A DNA stretch of 64,000 bases. It comes from an uncultured Candidatus Planktophila sp. (GTDB lineage: Bacteria; Actinomycetota; Actinomycetes; Nanopelagicales; Nanopelagicaceae). A model generated the notes under the pieces. That model had not been told where the DNA came from and did not search any database. It saw nothing but the letters and a program-made list of their open reading frames with translations. A program made the position numbers and the translations under genes. This document shows positions 40,660-51,244 of this stretch, in pieces (position 1 is the stretch's first letter; each line of letters opens with the position of its first letter). The DNA is taken from the NCBI GenBank assembly GCA_964463845.1, contig CAYXDT010000005.1, positions 23,559-87,558 on the forward strand. Direction: 5' to 3'.

Positions 40660-43038
40660 ATGAGTCGGCTTTTTCGCATAAATGGACCGCTCTTTATCGC
40701 GCTTGCACTTCTCTTATCTCTTCTTGTACCTACTAAATCTCAAGCACTTACAAAATTCCATGTCGCCCCATCGACGGTTTGGGGGCACACGCTTGCTGGA
40801 GAGAGTGATGGCTCAACTTCTACCCGTCCACCTAAAGTTGCTTATCTAGAGCAGAAATCGAAGTTTGTTGTTAATTACCGAAACTTTCCGGAATGGGCCA
40901 AGCGTGAGTTTCAAGCAGCAGTTAACATTTGGGGAGCTCACTTTGTTTCAGTGCCCACAATTGTTATCGATGCTACTTGGGCGCGCTCTCCAATCTTTGG
41001 AGTTCTCGGAAGTGCGCGGCCAGGAAATTACTACTCTGGATTTGATGGAGCTCCCGATCAAAGTCTCTGGTATCCATCCGCACTTGCCAATGCGCTAGCT
41101 GGCAAAGATCTTGAGCCCGAAAATCCAGAGATGATTATTACCATTAACTCACTTGGTAGCTGGAATACGCGTGGCGACGGTGCTCCAAGTCCAGTTGAGT
41201 TTGATTTGCAATCTGTTCTACTGCACGAAATGTCGCACGGTCTAGGATTTCTCTCAACTGATTCATATGATCAGACATTTGGATTTGGAACTATTGAGCA
41301 GCCGACTCCCTACACGGCATATGCACAACTTCCAGATGGTCGCCGGCTCTCTGATTTACCATCACCATCGATCGAACTTGGTAAAGCGCTGACATCACCG
41401 CTTTACTGGAGCGGTCCATCTGGAACCGCGGCCAATGGTGGCGAAAAAATCCTGCTCTACACTCCTGAAAAATATGAAGAAGGGTCCTCTGTCAGCCATA
41501 TCGATGAGGATACATATTCAAAATTGGGCAGCAACTCTTTTATGACTCCCAACCTTGATCCAGGTGAGGTATTTCGCGCCCCCGGATCTATCTTGCTAGG
41601 AATGATGGAGGATTTACGTCGCAAACCTCCCGTTGGTCTTGCCGTTGGCTTGCCGCAGGTTGTACGAAATGCAGCTGCGCTAGTAGCTGATTCATCAATA
41701 GTTGTGACCTTTGATCCACCAGCTAACGCTCGTACTTCACAGATCACCAGTTACTCTGTGAGAAATCTCCAGACCAATCAAGTCAAGAGTGCGACTGAAT
41801 CACCAATAATCTTCACTGGCTTGAAGAATGGAAGTAACTACAACTTTAGTATCGTGGCATCGAATACAAATGGCACATCCGATGCCGTTATCACTTCACC
41901 AGTTGCTCCACAGGCAGATTGGAAGCGATTTGTAATCGATCCCAACTCAGATGGTAGGCGTGTAACAAGTATCAACTTCAATCAGAAACCTCTCGTTGCC
42001 TATACAGATTCAAATAGTGGGGTCCTGCGTATTGCCACTTGGGATGGAAAGATCTGGCGCAGAACGACTGTTGATGGTGCAGGTGGCAGCGGTGCCCGTA
42101 CTAAATTCAAGATAACAAGTCCTATTTCGCTCTGTGTCAATGGCAGTGGTACCAAACAGCTACTGCATATCTTCTACTCTGAAAGTGACGATAAAGATTT
42201 ACGTTACGCCACCTACGATGGGAGGCGATTGACTCACGAAATCGTCGATGGCAATGGAGCTCAAGTTAACGATTACAAGGATCCCATTCGTGTTCGCACT
42301 GCCAGCGATGTCAGTGTCTCTAGCGCATGCGTGGCAACTGCCGGAGGCGTACAGGTCTTCTACCGTGATGAGAGCCAAGGAATTCTCTTAGGGGCTACAA
42401 AGTTAAAAGGTGCTCCTAATTGGAGATATGAATTAGTTGATGGTGATAGAAAAACCGATGGTCGCACCATGGGTGATGTGGGATTCCACCTAAAGGCGCT
42501 CTTTGATGGCAGGCGCACCTTTGTTGTATATGACTCAGTTCTTACAATTAATCAGAGGAAGCAACCTACTTCAGGTGAAGTCCGAGTCGCTTCTCGCACA
42601 ACTCTCTCAACTGGCCCATGGAGCTATTTCAATCTAGATACCTCTGGCAGTACTAATCCCATGACAGGTTTTGATGTATCGATTGCTAAAACATTGACTG
42701 GGATTCAAGCAGCCTGGCTCATATCTTCACCTGGCACGACACCTGCTCCAAATCGCATTAGATGGAGCCCGCTCTCATCCCCTGCTGGCCAGGGAGTTGC
42801 GACAACTGAAAGCTATGGAGCTCCTGGTAAATATCTAAATACCGATGGCACCTATATAGCATTTAACTGCCAACAACGTCTCTGTGTCCTAGATAGCAAG
42901 CGAGCGATTCCAACAATTAAATTGGTAACTTCTGTTCAGAATCCCGACGGCTTTGACACCGCTTGGACAAATATTAATCGGGTGCGATATTTAGTTACCG
43001 GCGTAAGAGATCAGTTAGTGATGTTCCGTGCTCAGTAG
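40660..43038 (+). CDS. Secreted protein: zinc metalloprotease-like domain + fibronectin type III + repeat beta-propeller
   Basis: Signal peptide ending SQA; HEMSHGLGF, SHIDE and FMTP; FN3-like segment (VVTFDPP..ITSYSV..FTGLKNGSNYNFSIVASN); repeated W/H-xxxx-VDG units. Confidence 0.75.
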   Translation: MSRLFRINGPLFIALALLLSLLVPTKSQALTKFHVAPSTVWGHTLAGESDGSTSTRPPKVAYLEQKSKFVVNYRNFPEWAKREFQAAVNIWGAHFVSVPTIVIDATWARSPIFGVLGSARPGNYYSGFDGAPDQSLWYPSALANALAGKDLEPENPEMIITINSLGSWNTRGDGAPSPVEFDLQSVLLHEMSHGLGFLSTDSYDQTFGFGTIEQPTPYTAYAQLPDGRRLSDLPSPSIELGKALTSPLYWSGPSGTAANGGEKILLYTPEKYEEGSSVSHIDEDTYSKLGSNSFMTPNLDPGEVFRAPGSILLGMMEDLRRKPPVGLAVGLPQVVRNAAALVADSSIVVTFDPPANARTSQITSYSVRNLQTNQVKSATESPIIFTGLKNGSNYNFSIVASNTNGTSDAVITSPVAPQADWKRFVIDPNSDGRRVTSINFNQKPLVAYTDSNSGVLRIATWDGKIWRRTTVDGAGGSGARTKFKITSPISLCVNGSGTKQLLHIFYSESDDKDLRYATYDGRRLTHEIVDGNGAQVNDYKDPIRVRTASDVSVSSACVATAGGVQVFYRDESQGILLGATKLKGAPNWRYELVDGDRKTDGRTMGDVGFHLKALFDGRRTFVVYDSVLTINQRKQPTSGEVRVASRTTLSTGPWSYFNLDTSGSTNPMTGFDVSIAKTLTGIQAAWLISSPGTTPAPNRIRWSPLSSPAGQGVATTESYGAPGKYLNTDGTYIAFNCQQRLCVLDSKRAIPTIKLVTSVQNPDGFDTAWTNINRVRYLVTGVRDQLVMFRAQ

Positions 43039-43042
43039 TCTT

Positions 43043-44245
43043 TTATCCTGCTTTAAAGATATGAAGGCTGGCATCTCGAGCAGTTGCAATTCCAAATAAA
43101 CCAATCTCTTTGGAAAAGGCTAAATTACTGGCACTGATTAAATCAGTTGCACCATTTGCCGCCAGTAACCTGCCCTTGCTATCAAAGGTTAGAACCAATA
43201 ACTGGGCCGCACTTGGGCGCCAGCCAGTTATTCCTTTAATTGCACCTGTTGAACTGATGGCGGCATAACTCTTTCCACCGGATGCAACAATTTGAGAGCT
43301 ACCATTTGTTGGGTAGCGAACAGTCCAAAGTGGGGCAAATGATGAATTGAATCTCGTTATTGCGCTCTCTGTACTTCTACCAACTTTGACAGATCCAGTT
43401 AGCGTTAAAGATGAGTCAGCTGCCAACCATGTACGGTCACCTTTAATGGCAGAGCTGCGTACAACAGATGCAAGAGAACCATTCCTGGCAACTCTTATGA
43501 GAATTCCATCGCGAATACCAGCCAGCCTCTTCCCGGCTAAAGTTTCAGCGCTATCTCCAAAGACGTTTACGCTGCCATCGCTGCCACGTACTACAGAGGT
43601 TAAATTGGTCTTTGCGCTTCCGATAAAAATCGCCTTGCCTATTACACCAGTGAGGGTTGAGTTAACTAGAAAAGATCTCTCTTGAATCTTTCCAACCAGC
43701 GAAATCCCAGTATTGTTTAACGATATTCCACTCACTAGTGGCGCAGCGCTTTGGATTGAAGTATAAGTTGCAAGTAACTCACCGGCGGAGGAAATCTTCC
43801 AGAGAGCTATCTGATTCATATCAGCTCTGATTGGCACGATTGTTTCCAAAATTACTCCATCGGGGTTTTCTGCAGAGGTAACAGCCGTTGCGCTATCTGA
43901 GGCTGTAGTGGCTATAGCTGCTGAGCCAGCGAGCCAGATGTTGCCAGCGTTATCGCTAGCCGCGGTTGTGGCAACTTCATCAACTCCAGAATCAATTGTC
44001 AGCTGCCAGAGGGTCGTTCCTAATACATCAAAACCGGTAACTAGTACGTTGGAGTTGTTTCCACCAGTATTGGAGAAGGTGATCAAACTATTCCCTGATA
44101 CCACTAGCCCTTCCGCTCCTGGGACTGCAAATAGCTTTTCAATCTTCTTTACCGCCACGCTCTTTGGTACTGCAGATGCACTTGGCGAAAGTAAGAGCGC
44201 TGCACCCAGAATTGTTGCAACTACTAGCGCGATAGCTTTTCTCAT
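43043..44245 (-). CDS. Secreted hypothetical protein, probable beta-propeller
   Basis: 400-aa ORF, signal peptide MRKAIALVVATILGAALLLSPSASA, recurring (F/I)-D/S-xx-G-xx-L-W/A units; GTGA overlap with proC. Confidence 0.7.
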   Translation of the reverse strand: MRKAIALVVATILGAALLLSPSASAVPKSVAVKKIEKLFAVPGAEGLVVSGNSLITFSNTGGNNSNVLVTGFDVLGTTLWQLTIDSGVDEVATTAASDNAGNIWLAGSAAIATTASDSATAVTSAENPDGVILETIVPIRADMNQIALWKISSAGELLATYTSIQSAAPLVSGISLNNTGISLVGKIQERSFLVNSTLTGVIGKAIFIGSAKTNLTSVVRGSDGSVNVFGDSAETLAGKRLAGIRDGILIRVARNGSLASVVRSSAIKGDRTWLAADSSLTLTGSVKVGRSTESAITRFNSSFAPLWTVRYPTNGSSQIVASGGKSYAAISSTGAIKGITGWRPSAAQLLVLTFDSKGRLLAANGATDLISASNLAFSKEIGLFGIATARDASLHIFKAG

Positions 44246-45039
44246 CCTTGTGCCAACTCCCCTGCACGGCGCGCTGATGCCGCCATAGCTTCTGCCACTA
44301 TCTCATCGATATTGGCGTCATTAAATACCGCAATCGCTTCAGCAGTTGCACCTTTCAGACTAGTGACGCTCTCACGTAGTTTGGTTGGTGACTCTCCTGA
44401 ACTTTCCAATAAGGCCGCTGCACCAACAATTGTCTGAATAGTTAATGTACTGGCATCTTCATGTGAGAGCCCCATCTTCTCCGCCCCAGCAATCATCGCT
44501 TCCACAAAGCGAAAGAAATAGGCTGGCCCTGAACCGCTAGTTCCGGTAAGTGCATTCTGCAACTCCTCTGGGATCTCAATAGCCTTTCCAGTCGCAGCCA
44601 GGAGTTTGGTAACAAATTCCTTTTGTGGCGCAGTTACAGATTGGCTAAGTGAATATCCAGCCATGCCTTTGCCAATGATCGTTGGAGTATTTGGCATAAC
44701 CCGAGCTATCGGTGTATCTGCCCGCAAGCCCGCAGCGATTCCAGCGATTGTCTTTCCGGCTAGGAGTGAAATAACCAGTGTGTGAGCTGGCAAATCTTTG
44801 GCAATCTCAGGGAGTAATTCAGTCAATCCTTGTGGCTTAATTCCCAGAATCAATACATCGGAGGTGGAGATAGCTGCTCCAAATTCTGCGATATCTATTG
44901 AGTACTTTTGAACTAGTTCAACTCCACGCTCTGGACGTCGCACAACTGCAGTGATTGAAGAGGTTGGAACTCCTGCTCTAATAAGTGCAGCTATAAAAGC
45001 TTCACCCATGGTGCCTGCACCAATGATGCCAACTTTCAT
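44242..45039 (-). CDS. proC: Pyrroline-5-carboxylate reductase
   Basis: GIIGAGTMG, RVMPNTP, SGSGPAYFF, VTSLKGATAEAI; GGAGG SD before ATG 45039. Confidence 0.96.
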   Translation of the reverse strand: MKVGIIGAGTMGEAFIAALIRAGVPTSSITAVVRRPERGVELVQKYSIDIAEFGAAISTSDVLILGIKPQGLTELLPEIAKDLPAHTLVISLLAGKTIAGIAAGLRADTPIARVMPNTPTIIGKGMAGYSLSQSVTAPQKEFVTKLLAATGKAIEIPEELQNALTGTSGSGPAYFFRFVEAMIAGAEKMGLSHEDASTLTIQTIVGAAALLESSGESPTKLRESVTSLKGATAEAIAVFNDANIDEIVAEAMAASARRAGELAQG

Positions 45040-45090
45040 CGCACCTCCATGATTAGCCATAGCGAAAGAGTACGCGTAGGCTCTGCAACT

Positions 45091-45900
45091 ATGTCAGAGA
45101 TAAAGCCAGGTTTCGCTCGTGACTGGGTTGAATTTACCGACCCAAATGATGATGAAGAAATCTTCAAATGTGATCTAACCTGGCTAACCTCCTATTGGAC
45201 CTGCATCTATGGCGATGGTTGCAAAGGGGTATTTAAGGACCGTCCAAATGATGGTTGTTGCACAGAGGGTGCGATGTACTCGGATGAAGATGATGAAGCG
45301 CGGGTACGTAAAGCAGCTGAATTTCTCACCCCTGATATGTGGCAATTCTATGAGGATGCGCGCCCAAAGAAAGCTGGCGGAGAGCTAAGAATTACGGATT
45401 TGGATGAAGATAAAGAACGAAAAACTCGTACCGTGGATGATGCTTGCATCTTCCTTAACCGCAAGGGATACGAAGCTCCTGGATTCACAGGTTCATTCGG
45501 TTGCGTTCTACATCACTTAGCGCAGAAACGTCAGATGCACTTTGTTGATACCAAGCCAGATGTCTGTTGGCAGCTACCACTACGCCGCAGTTATGAGACA
45601 CGTGAAGTTGGCGAGCGCGAATATTCTGTAACTGTAATCGGTGAATATGAACGTCTTGGTTGGGGCGATGGTGGAGATGACTTTGATTGGTACTGCACAA
45701 GTAATACCGATGCACATGTTGGCACACAGCCGGTCTACCTCTCCAATAAGGCGGAGCTGGAGAAGTTAATGGGGGTCGCTGCCTATGAAATTCTGGCGGG
45801 CCACTGCGATAAGCGCATGGCTGGAATCCGAGATGCACAGGCGCGCTCATTACCGCTCTTCGTTATTCAACACCCAGCATCTATCGCCGCCGGTAAATAG
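45091..45900 (+). CDS. Conserved actinobacterial Cys-rich protein (YkgJ/DUF3109-like; resembles M. tuberculosis Rv0495c from memory)
   Basis: ARDWVEF, DLTWLTS, DGCCTEGA, ACIFLNR, GCVLHH, KPDVCWQLP, WYCTS; 10 Cys. Confidence 0.75.
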   Translation: MSEIKPGFARDWVEFTDPNDDEEIFKCDLTWLTSYWTCIYGDGCKGVFKDRPNDGCCTEGAMYSDEDDEARVRKAAEFLTPDMWQFYEDARPKKAGGELRITDLDEDKERKTRTVDDACIFLNRKGYEAPGFTGSFGCVLHHLAQKRQMHFVDTKPDVCWQLPLRRSYETREVGEREYSVTVIGEYERLGWGDGGDDFDWYCTSNTDAHVGTQPVYLSNKAELEKLMGVAAYEILAGHCDKRMAGIRDAQARSLPLFVIQHPASIAAGK

Positions 45901-45926
45901 TCAGCGCTCTGCTCTAACCTACTGTC

Positions 45927-47294
45927 ATGGCCAAGGCTGAGAAGGACCCATTTCGTTGCTCCGAATGTGGTTGGAGCTCTCAGAAATGGGTCGGCCGTTG
46001 CGGCGAATGCCAAGCTTGGGGATCTGTCGAAGAGATTGCCGCTCCTAAAAAGTTATCGCTAGTTCCGGGATCAGTTACAAATAAGGCGACTCCTATCGGC
46101 GAGGTAGATCTCTCGGCCGCAAGAGCACGCCCAACAGGTGTGGCAGAACTTGATCGAGTCTTAGGTGGCGGTCTAGTTCCTGGCGCTGCCATATTGCTAG
46201 CTGGTGAGCCCGGTGTTGGAAAATCAACCCTTCTCTTATCGGTTGCCGCCCAGAGCGCGGCGAAGGGAATTGCCGCGCTTTACATCTCTGGCGAAGAGTC
46301 AGCATCACAAGTGCGCTTACGCGCTGAACGGATTAAGGCAGTTGATCCCAAACTCTTTCTAGCCTCCGAAAATGATCTGGGTGCAGTCATTGCACATATC
46401 GATGCGGTAAAACCAGAGCTACTAATTATCGACTCTATCCAGACCATCGGATCTACTACAGCCGATGGTTCACCAGGAGGTGTAACTCAGGTTCGCGAAG
46501 TTGCGGGTGCGCTAATTCGTATCTGTAAAGATCGAGATATCACCTTATTACTCGTTGGACATGTCACTAAGGATGGCTCTATTGCAGGACCTCGGCTTCT
46601 TGAGCATATCGTTGATGTAGTTCTGCAATTCGAAGGCGAGCGCCACTCACGGCTACGTTTGATTCGCGCCATCAAAAATCGCTTCGGTGCAAGTGATGAA
46701 GTTGGCTGCTTTGATTTAAGTGATACCGGTATTGAAAGCGTCCTTGATCCCACTGGACTCTTTACCTCTCGCCATGCCGAACCTGTTCCTGGTACCTGCG
46801 TCACCGTAACTCTCGAGGGGCGACGTCCACTTTTAGCTGAAATTCAAGCGTTGGTAAGTGCTGGTCGCGAAAGTGATTTTGGAAATGCCCGTCGCGTGAC
46901 AAGTGGGCTTGACTCAGCTCGCACATCGATGACCCTGGCAGTTCTTGAGCTACGCGCGCATATCCGTGTTGGCGGGCGCGATGTTTATGCAGCAACTGTT
47001 GGTGGAATGAAGATGTCTGAACCAGCCGCTGATTTAGCGTTAGCTCTTGCTGTGGCCTCTGCTGCTAAAGGTTTAGCACTGCCCTCTGATTTGGTAGCGA
47101 TTGGCGAAGTTGGATTAGCTGGTGAGATCCGTAAAGTAAGTGGCGTTGCTCGTCGCTTAGCTGAAGCACATCGCCTTGGTTTTAAACGCGCCTTAGTTCC
47201 AGCCGGCTCTGATGTGACAATTGCTGGGATGGAGATTTTCGAGGTATCTCGTCTTGATCAAGCCTTAACTCGGGTAAAGATAAATGGCGAGTAA
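45927..47294 (+). CDS. radA: DNA repair protein RadA/Sms
   Basis: Zn finger CSECG..WVGRCGEC, GEPGVGKSTLLL, KNRFG, GEVGLAGEIR. Confidence 0.97.
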   Translation: MAKAEKDPFRCSECGWSSQKWVGRCGECQAWGSVEEIAAPKKLSLVPGSVTNKATPIGEVDLSAARARPTGVAELDRVLGGGLVPGAAILLAGEPGVGKSTLLLSVAAQSAAKGIAALYISGEESASQVRLRAERIKAVDPKLFLASENDLGAVIAHIDAVKPELLIIDSIQTIGSTTADGSPGGVTQVREVAGALIRICKDRDITLLLVGHVTKDGSIAGPRLLEHIVDVVLQFEGERHSRLRLIRAIKNRFGASDEVGCFDLSDTGIESVLDPTGLFTSRHAEPVPGTCVTVTLEGRRPLLAEIQALVSAGRESDFGNARRVTSGLDSARTSMTLAVLELRAHIRVGGRDVYAATVGGMKMSEPAADLALALAVASAAKGLALPSDLVAIGEVGLAGEIRKVSGVARRLAEAHRLGFKRALVPAGSDVTIAGMEIFEVSRLDQALTRVKINGE

Positions 47295-48654
47295 GAGCGC
47301 AGACCACTCTTTAGCTCTCAGTAAATTATTGGGAGAGAATGCGCGGCTAATCACCGATCCTGATATCACCGCTTCATATGCGCGAGATCAAGCACCATTT
47401 GCCCACTCTGAACCACCATTTGCACTCCTTATCGCAAATAGTGCAGATGAAATTTCAATCGCTCTTAAATATGCCAACGCTAATAAAATTCCAGTGGTTA
47501 CGCGAGGTGCTGGCAGCGGTCTAGCAGGAGGCGCCAACTCCAGCGCTCTATCCCTAGTAATTTCTCTGGAGAAGATGAACCAGATAATTTCTATTGATAC
47601 CGAAAATCAGATAGCACGCGTGCAGGCAGGGGTTATAAATCTAGATCTTGATACTGCAGCGAAAGAGTATGGTCTGGCATATCTGCCAGATCCAGCCAGT
47701 CGTGATTGGTCTACCTTGGGTGGCAATGCAGCTACCAATGCCGGTGGCATGTGTTGTGTGAAATATGGAGTTACCTCCGCTCATGTTAGGGCGGCACAAG
47801 TTGTTTTAGCTAGCGGTGAGATCATTGAAGTTGGCAAAGCAACGAAAAAATCTGTCACCACCTACGATCTACTTCATCTCTTCATCGGCTCTGAAGGCAC
47901 TCTCGGCATAATCACCGAGCTCACCTTAAATTTAGAGATTCGTCCCAAGCCACCGGCAACGCTAATAGCAACCTTTCCCAATGTAGCTTCTGCAGCTGCA
48001 GCGGCTGCTGCGCTCTTACAATTTAAGCCATCGATGCTCGAGATAGTCGATGAGACCACCTTAAAGGCAGTTGAGGCTTGGCACCCACTGGGTTTTGAAA
48101 TTGCTGGCGCTGTTTTAATTATGCAGCTAGATGAGAATTTGCATCTTTGTGAAAGCGCTCTTGAACTTTGCCGAGAATTTGAATTAATAGATGGGGTCTA
48201 CTCCGAAGATCCAGCAGATACTGCCGACTTAATTCGTGTGCGAAAACTTGCCTACCCAGCGCTCGAGCGTATGGGAGCGACTCTGCTTGATGATGTGGCG
48301 CTACCAATCTCCAAGATTGCTCACTTTGTCACAGAGGTCGAGGCGCTCAGTAAATCTAGTGGGCTGGTAATCGGAATCTTTGGCCATGCCGGGGATGGAA
48401 ATATGCACCCAACGATTGTGCATGACCATGGCGATGCAATCGCCGCTAAGAAAGCGGTCGAGGTCTTTACGCAGATTGTGGCGATTGCTCAATCACTTGG
48501 TGGCACAGCTAGCGGAGAACATGGAATTGGTTCCATTAAATCTAATCTGGTGGCAGCCGAAATCTCTCCAACAGTTATGAAGTTGCAGCGCGAGATTAAG
48601 GCAGTATTTGATCCACAGGCGATACTTAACCCAGGAAAGAAATTCCCGCTTTAA
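47284..48654 (+). CDS. FAD-linked oxidase, GlcD / D-2-hydroxyacid dehydrogenase family
   Basis: RGAGSGLAGGA, DPAS..TLGGNAATNAGG, GSEGTLGII, GHAGDGNMHP, GEHGIG, LNPGK. Confidence 0.9.
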   Translation: MASKSADHSLALSKLLGENARLITDPDITASYARDQAPFAHSEPPFALLIANSADEISIALKYANANKIPVVTRGAGSGLAGGANSSALSLVISLEKMNQIISIDTENQIARVQAGVINLDLDTAAKEYGLAYLPDPASRDWSTLGGNAATNAGGMCCVKYGVTSAHVRAAQVVLASGEIIEVGKATKKSVTTYDLLHLFIGSEGTLGIITELTLNLEIRPKPPATLIATFPNVASAAAAAAALLQFKPSMLEIVDETTLKAVEAWHPLGFEIAGAVLIMQLDENLHLCESALELCREFELIDGVYSEDPADTADLIRVRKLAYPALERMGATLLDDVALPISKIAHFVTEVEALSKSSGLVIGIFGHAGDGNMHPTIVHDHGDAIAAKKAVEVFTQIVAIAQSLGGTASGEHGIGSIKSNLVAAEISPTVMKLQREIKAVFDPQAILNPGKKFPL

Positions 48655-48656
48655 AG

Positions 48657-51155
48657 TTACTTAGCTGCTTCAGCGAGATCTTCTGGTGAGTCAGGGGTAG
48701 AAACCTTGGCAGAGCCAGCGAAGGTGAAGGTTGCATCTGCACCTTCTCCTTGGGCATCAACCAGAATAATTTCTCCCGCCTTTAGCTCACCGAAGAGGAT
48801 GCGCTCTGAGAGTGAATCTTCAATCTCACGCTGAATCACACGACGCAATGGACGCGCACCTAGGAGTGGGTCATAGCCACGAGCGGCCAAGAGATCCTTG
48901 GCAGCTTGAGTTAACTCAATGCCCATATCTTTCGCCTTTAAGCGCTCATCAAGATTAGCAACCATTAGATCAACGATCTGGATAATCTGATCTTTAGTGA
49001 GCTGGTGGAAGACGATGACATCATCGATACGGTTTAAGAACTCTGGGCGGAAGTGGTTCTTAAGTTCATCTTGAACCTTGCCCTTCATGCGATCGTAATT
49101 TGTGAGGTCATCATCTGCGTTGGCAAAGCCAAGTCCGAGTGACTTTGAAATATCGCGAGTTCCGAGGTTGGTAGTCATGATGATGACGGTATTTTTAAAG
49201 TCCACGGTGCGACCTTGTGCATCAGTTAGACGACCATCTTCTAGAACCTGAAGAAGTGAGTTAAAGATATCTGGGTGAGCCTTTTCGATTTCATCGAAGA
49301 GAACTACAGAGAATGGACGGCGACGTACCTTCTCAGTTAGCTGGCCACCTTCGTCATATCCAACATATCCCGGAGGAGAACCGAAGAGGCGAGAGGCGGT
49401 ATGGCGCTCTGAATATTCAGACATATCCAGTTGAATTAGCGCGCTCTCATCACCGAAGAGGAATGAGGCAAGGGTGCGTGATAGTTCAGTCTTACCAACA
49501 CCAGATGGACCAGCGAAGATAAATGAGCCGCCCGGACGCTTTGGATCTTTAAGTCCAGCGCGAGTACGACGAATAGCTTGAGAGAGCGCCTTAATTGCTT
49601 GATCTTGCCCAATTACGCGGCGGTGGAGTTCATCCTCCATGCGAAGCAAGCGAGCGGTCTCTTCCTCAGTTAACTTAAAGACTGGAATTCCAGTAGATGC
49701 CGATAGAACTTGAGCGATGAGTTCTTCATCTACCTCAGTTACCTTATCGAGATCAGTTGCCTTCCAATTCTTCTCTGCCTCCTGCTTTTCTAGGATAAGA
49801 GTCTTCTCTTTATCGCGAAGAGCGGCGGCGCCTTCAAAATCTTGACCATCAATGGCAGATTCCTTGGCTTTACGCGCTTCGGAAATTTTGTCATCAAAGG
49901 CGCGCAGTTCGGCTGGCGCGGTCATACGCTTGATGCGCAGACGTGAACCAGCTTCATCAATTAAATCGATAGCTTTATCTGGCAAGAAACGATCTGAGAT
50001 ATAGCGATCTGCCATATTTGCAGCGGCAGCGAGCGCGCCATCTGTAATCGATACCCGGTGGTGGGTCTCGTAGCGATCACGTAAACCCTTAAGAATTTCA
50101 ATGGTGTGAGCTACAGATGGCTCCTTTACCTGGATAGGTTGGAAGCGACGCTCTAGCGCAGCATCTTTTTCAATGTGCTTGCGGTACTCGTCGAGCGTTG
50201 TGGCGCCAATAGTCTGGAGTTCACCACGAGCTAACATCGGCTTAAGGATGCTAGCGGCATCGATAGCACCTTCTGCAGCGCCAGCCCCAACCAGAGTGTG
50301 AATCTCATCGATGAAGATGATGATGTCACCACGAGTTTTAATCTCTTTCAAAACTTTCTTTAGGCGCTCTTCAAAATCTCCACGGTAACGAGAGCCGGCA
50401 ACGAGTGCGCCCAGATCTAGTGAGTAAAGCTGCTTATCTTTCAAAGTCTCAGGGACATCATTTTTAGCAATAGCCTGCGCTAAACCTTCAACAACGGCAG
50501 TCTTTCCAACTCCTGGTTCACCAATTAGAACTGGGTTGTTCTTGGTACGGCGAGAGAGAATCTGCATAACGCGCTCAATCTCTAAATCGCGACCGATTAC
50601 TGGATCGAGCTTTCCTTCACGCGCTGCTGCTGTGAGGTTGCGACCAAATTGGTCGAGTACAAGTGAGGTAGATGGTGTGCCTTCTGCTGGTCCACCTTGA
50701 GTTACAGCTTCCTTACCCTGATAGCCAGAGAGGAGCTGAATAACTTGTTGACGAACACGATTTAAATCTGCACCTAACTTAACGAGAACTTGTGCGGCAA
50801 CGCCTTCTCCTTCACGGATAAGTCCAAGAAGAATATGTTCTGTGCCGATGTAATTGTGGCCAAGCTGTAGCGCTTCACGTAGTGAGAGCTCAAGGACTTT
50901 CTTCGCACGTGGAGTAAATGGAATATGGCCGCTTGGAGCTTGTTGGCCTTGGCCGATGATCTCTTCAACCTGGGCGCGAACGCCTTCGAGTGAGATGCCA
51001 AGTGATTCCAAACCTTTGGCAGCAACGCCCTCACCTTCATGGATTAGACCTAGAAGAATGTGTTCAGTGCCGATGTAGTTGTGATTGAGCATGCGTGCCT
51101 CTTCTTGCGCCAAGACAACGACGCGTCGGGCTCTATCGGTAAAGCGCTCAAACAT
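48657..51155 (-). CDS. clpC: ATP-dependent Clp protease ATPase subunit ClpC
   Basis: [21 protein letters not shown], two Clp-N repeats, GEPGVGKT and GPSGVGKT Walker A motifs. Confidence 0.98.
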   Translation of the reverse strand: MFERFTDRARRVVVLAQEEARMLNHNYIGTEHILLGLIHEGEGVAAKGLESLGISLEGVRAQVEEIIGQGQQAPSGHIPFTPRAKKVLELSLREALQLGHNYIGTEHILLGLIREGEGVAAQVLVKLGADLNRVRQQVIQLLSGYQGKEAVTQGGPAEGTPSTSLVLDQFGRNLTAAAREGKLDPVIGRDLEIERVMQILSRRTKNNPVLIGEPGVGKTAVVEGLAQAIAKNDVPETLKDKQLYSLDLGALVAGSRYRGDFEERLKKVLKEIKTRGDIIIFIDEIHTLVGAGAAEGAIDAASILKPMLARGELQTIGATTLDEYRKHIEKDAALERRFQPIQVKEPSVAHTIEILKGLRDRYETHHRVSITDGALAAAANMADRYISDRFLPDKAIDLIDEAGSRLRIKRMTAPAELRAFDDKISEARKAKESAIDGQDFEGAAALRDKEKTLILEKQEAEKNWKATDLDKVTEVDEELIAQVLSASTGIPVFKLTEEETARLLRMEDELHRRVIGQDQAIKALSQAIRRTRAGLKDPKRPGGSFIFAGPSGVGKTELSRTLASFLFGDESALIQLDMSEYSERHTASRLFGSPPGYVGYDEGGQLTEKVRRRPFSVVLFDEIEKAHPDIFNSLLQVLEDGRLTDAQGRTVDFKNTVIIMTTNLGTRDISKSLGLGFANADDDLTNYDRMKGKVQDELKNHFRPEFLNRIDDVIVFHQLTKDQIIQIVDLMVANLDERLKAKDMGIELTQAAKDLLAARGYDPLLGARPLRRVIQREIEDSLSERILFGELKAGEIILVDAQGEGADATFTFAGSAKVSTPDSPEDLAEAAK

Positions 51156-51244
51156 GGCCTGCTCCTTCTTGCTCTCTCGACTGCCTTAAGCCTATAACCC
51201 AGCACGGTAAAGGTGCGAGGCGGAAAAGCTCTTAGGGTGGTTAG

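Noticed and set aside
50820-51090. DNA-level repeat inside clpC
   Set aside because: It encodes the two well-known Clp N-domain repeats ([13 protein letters not shown]).
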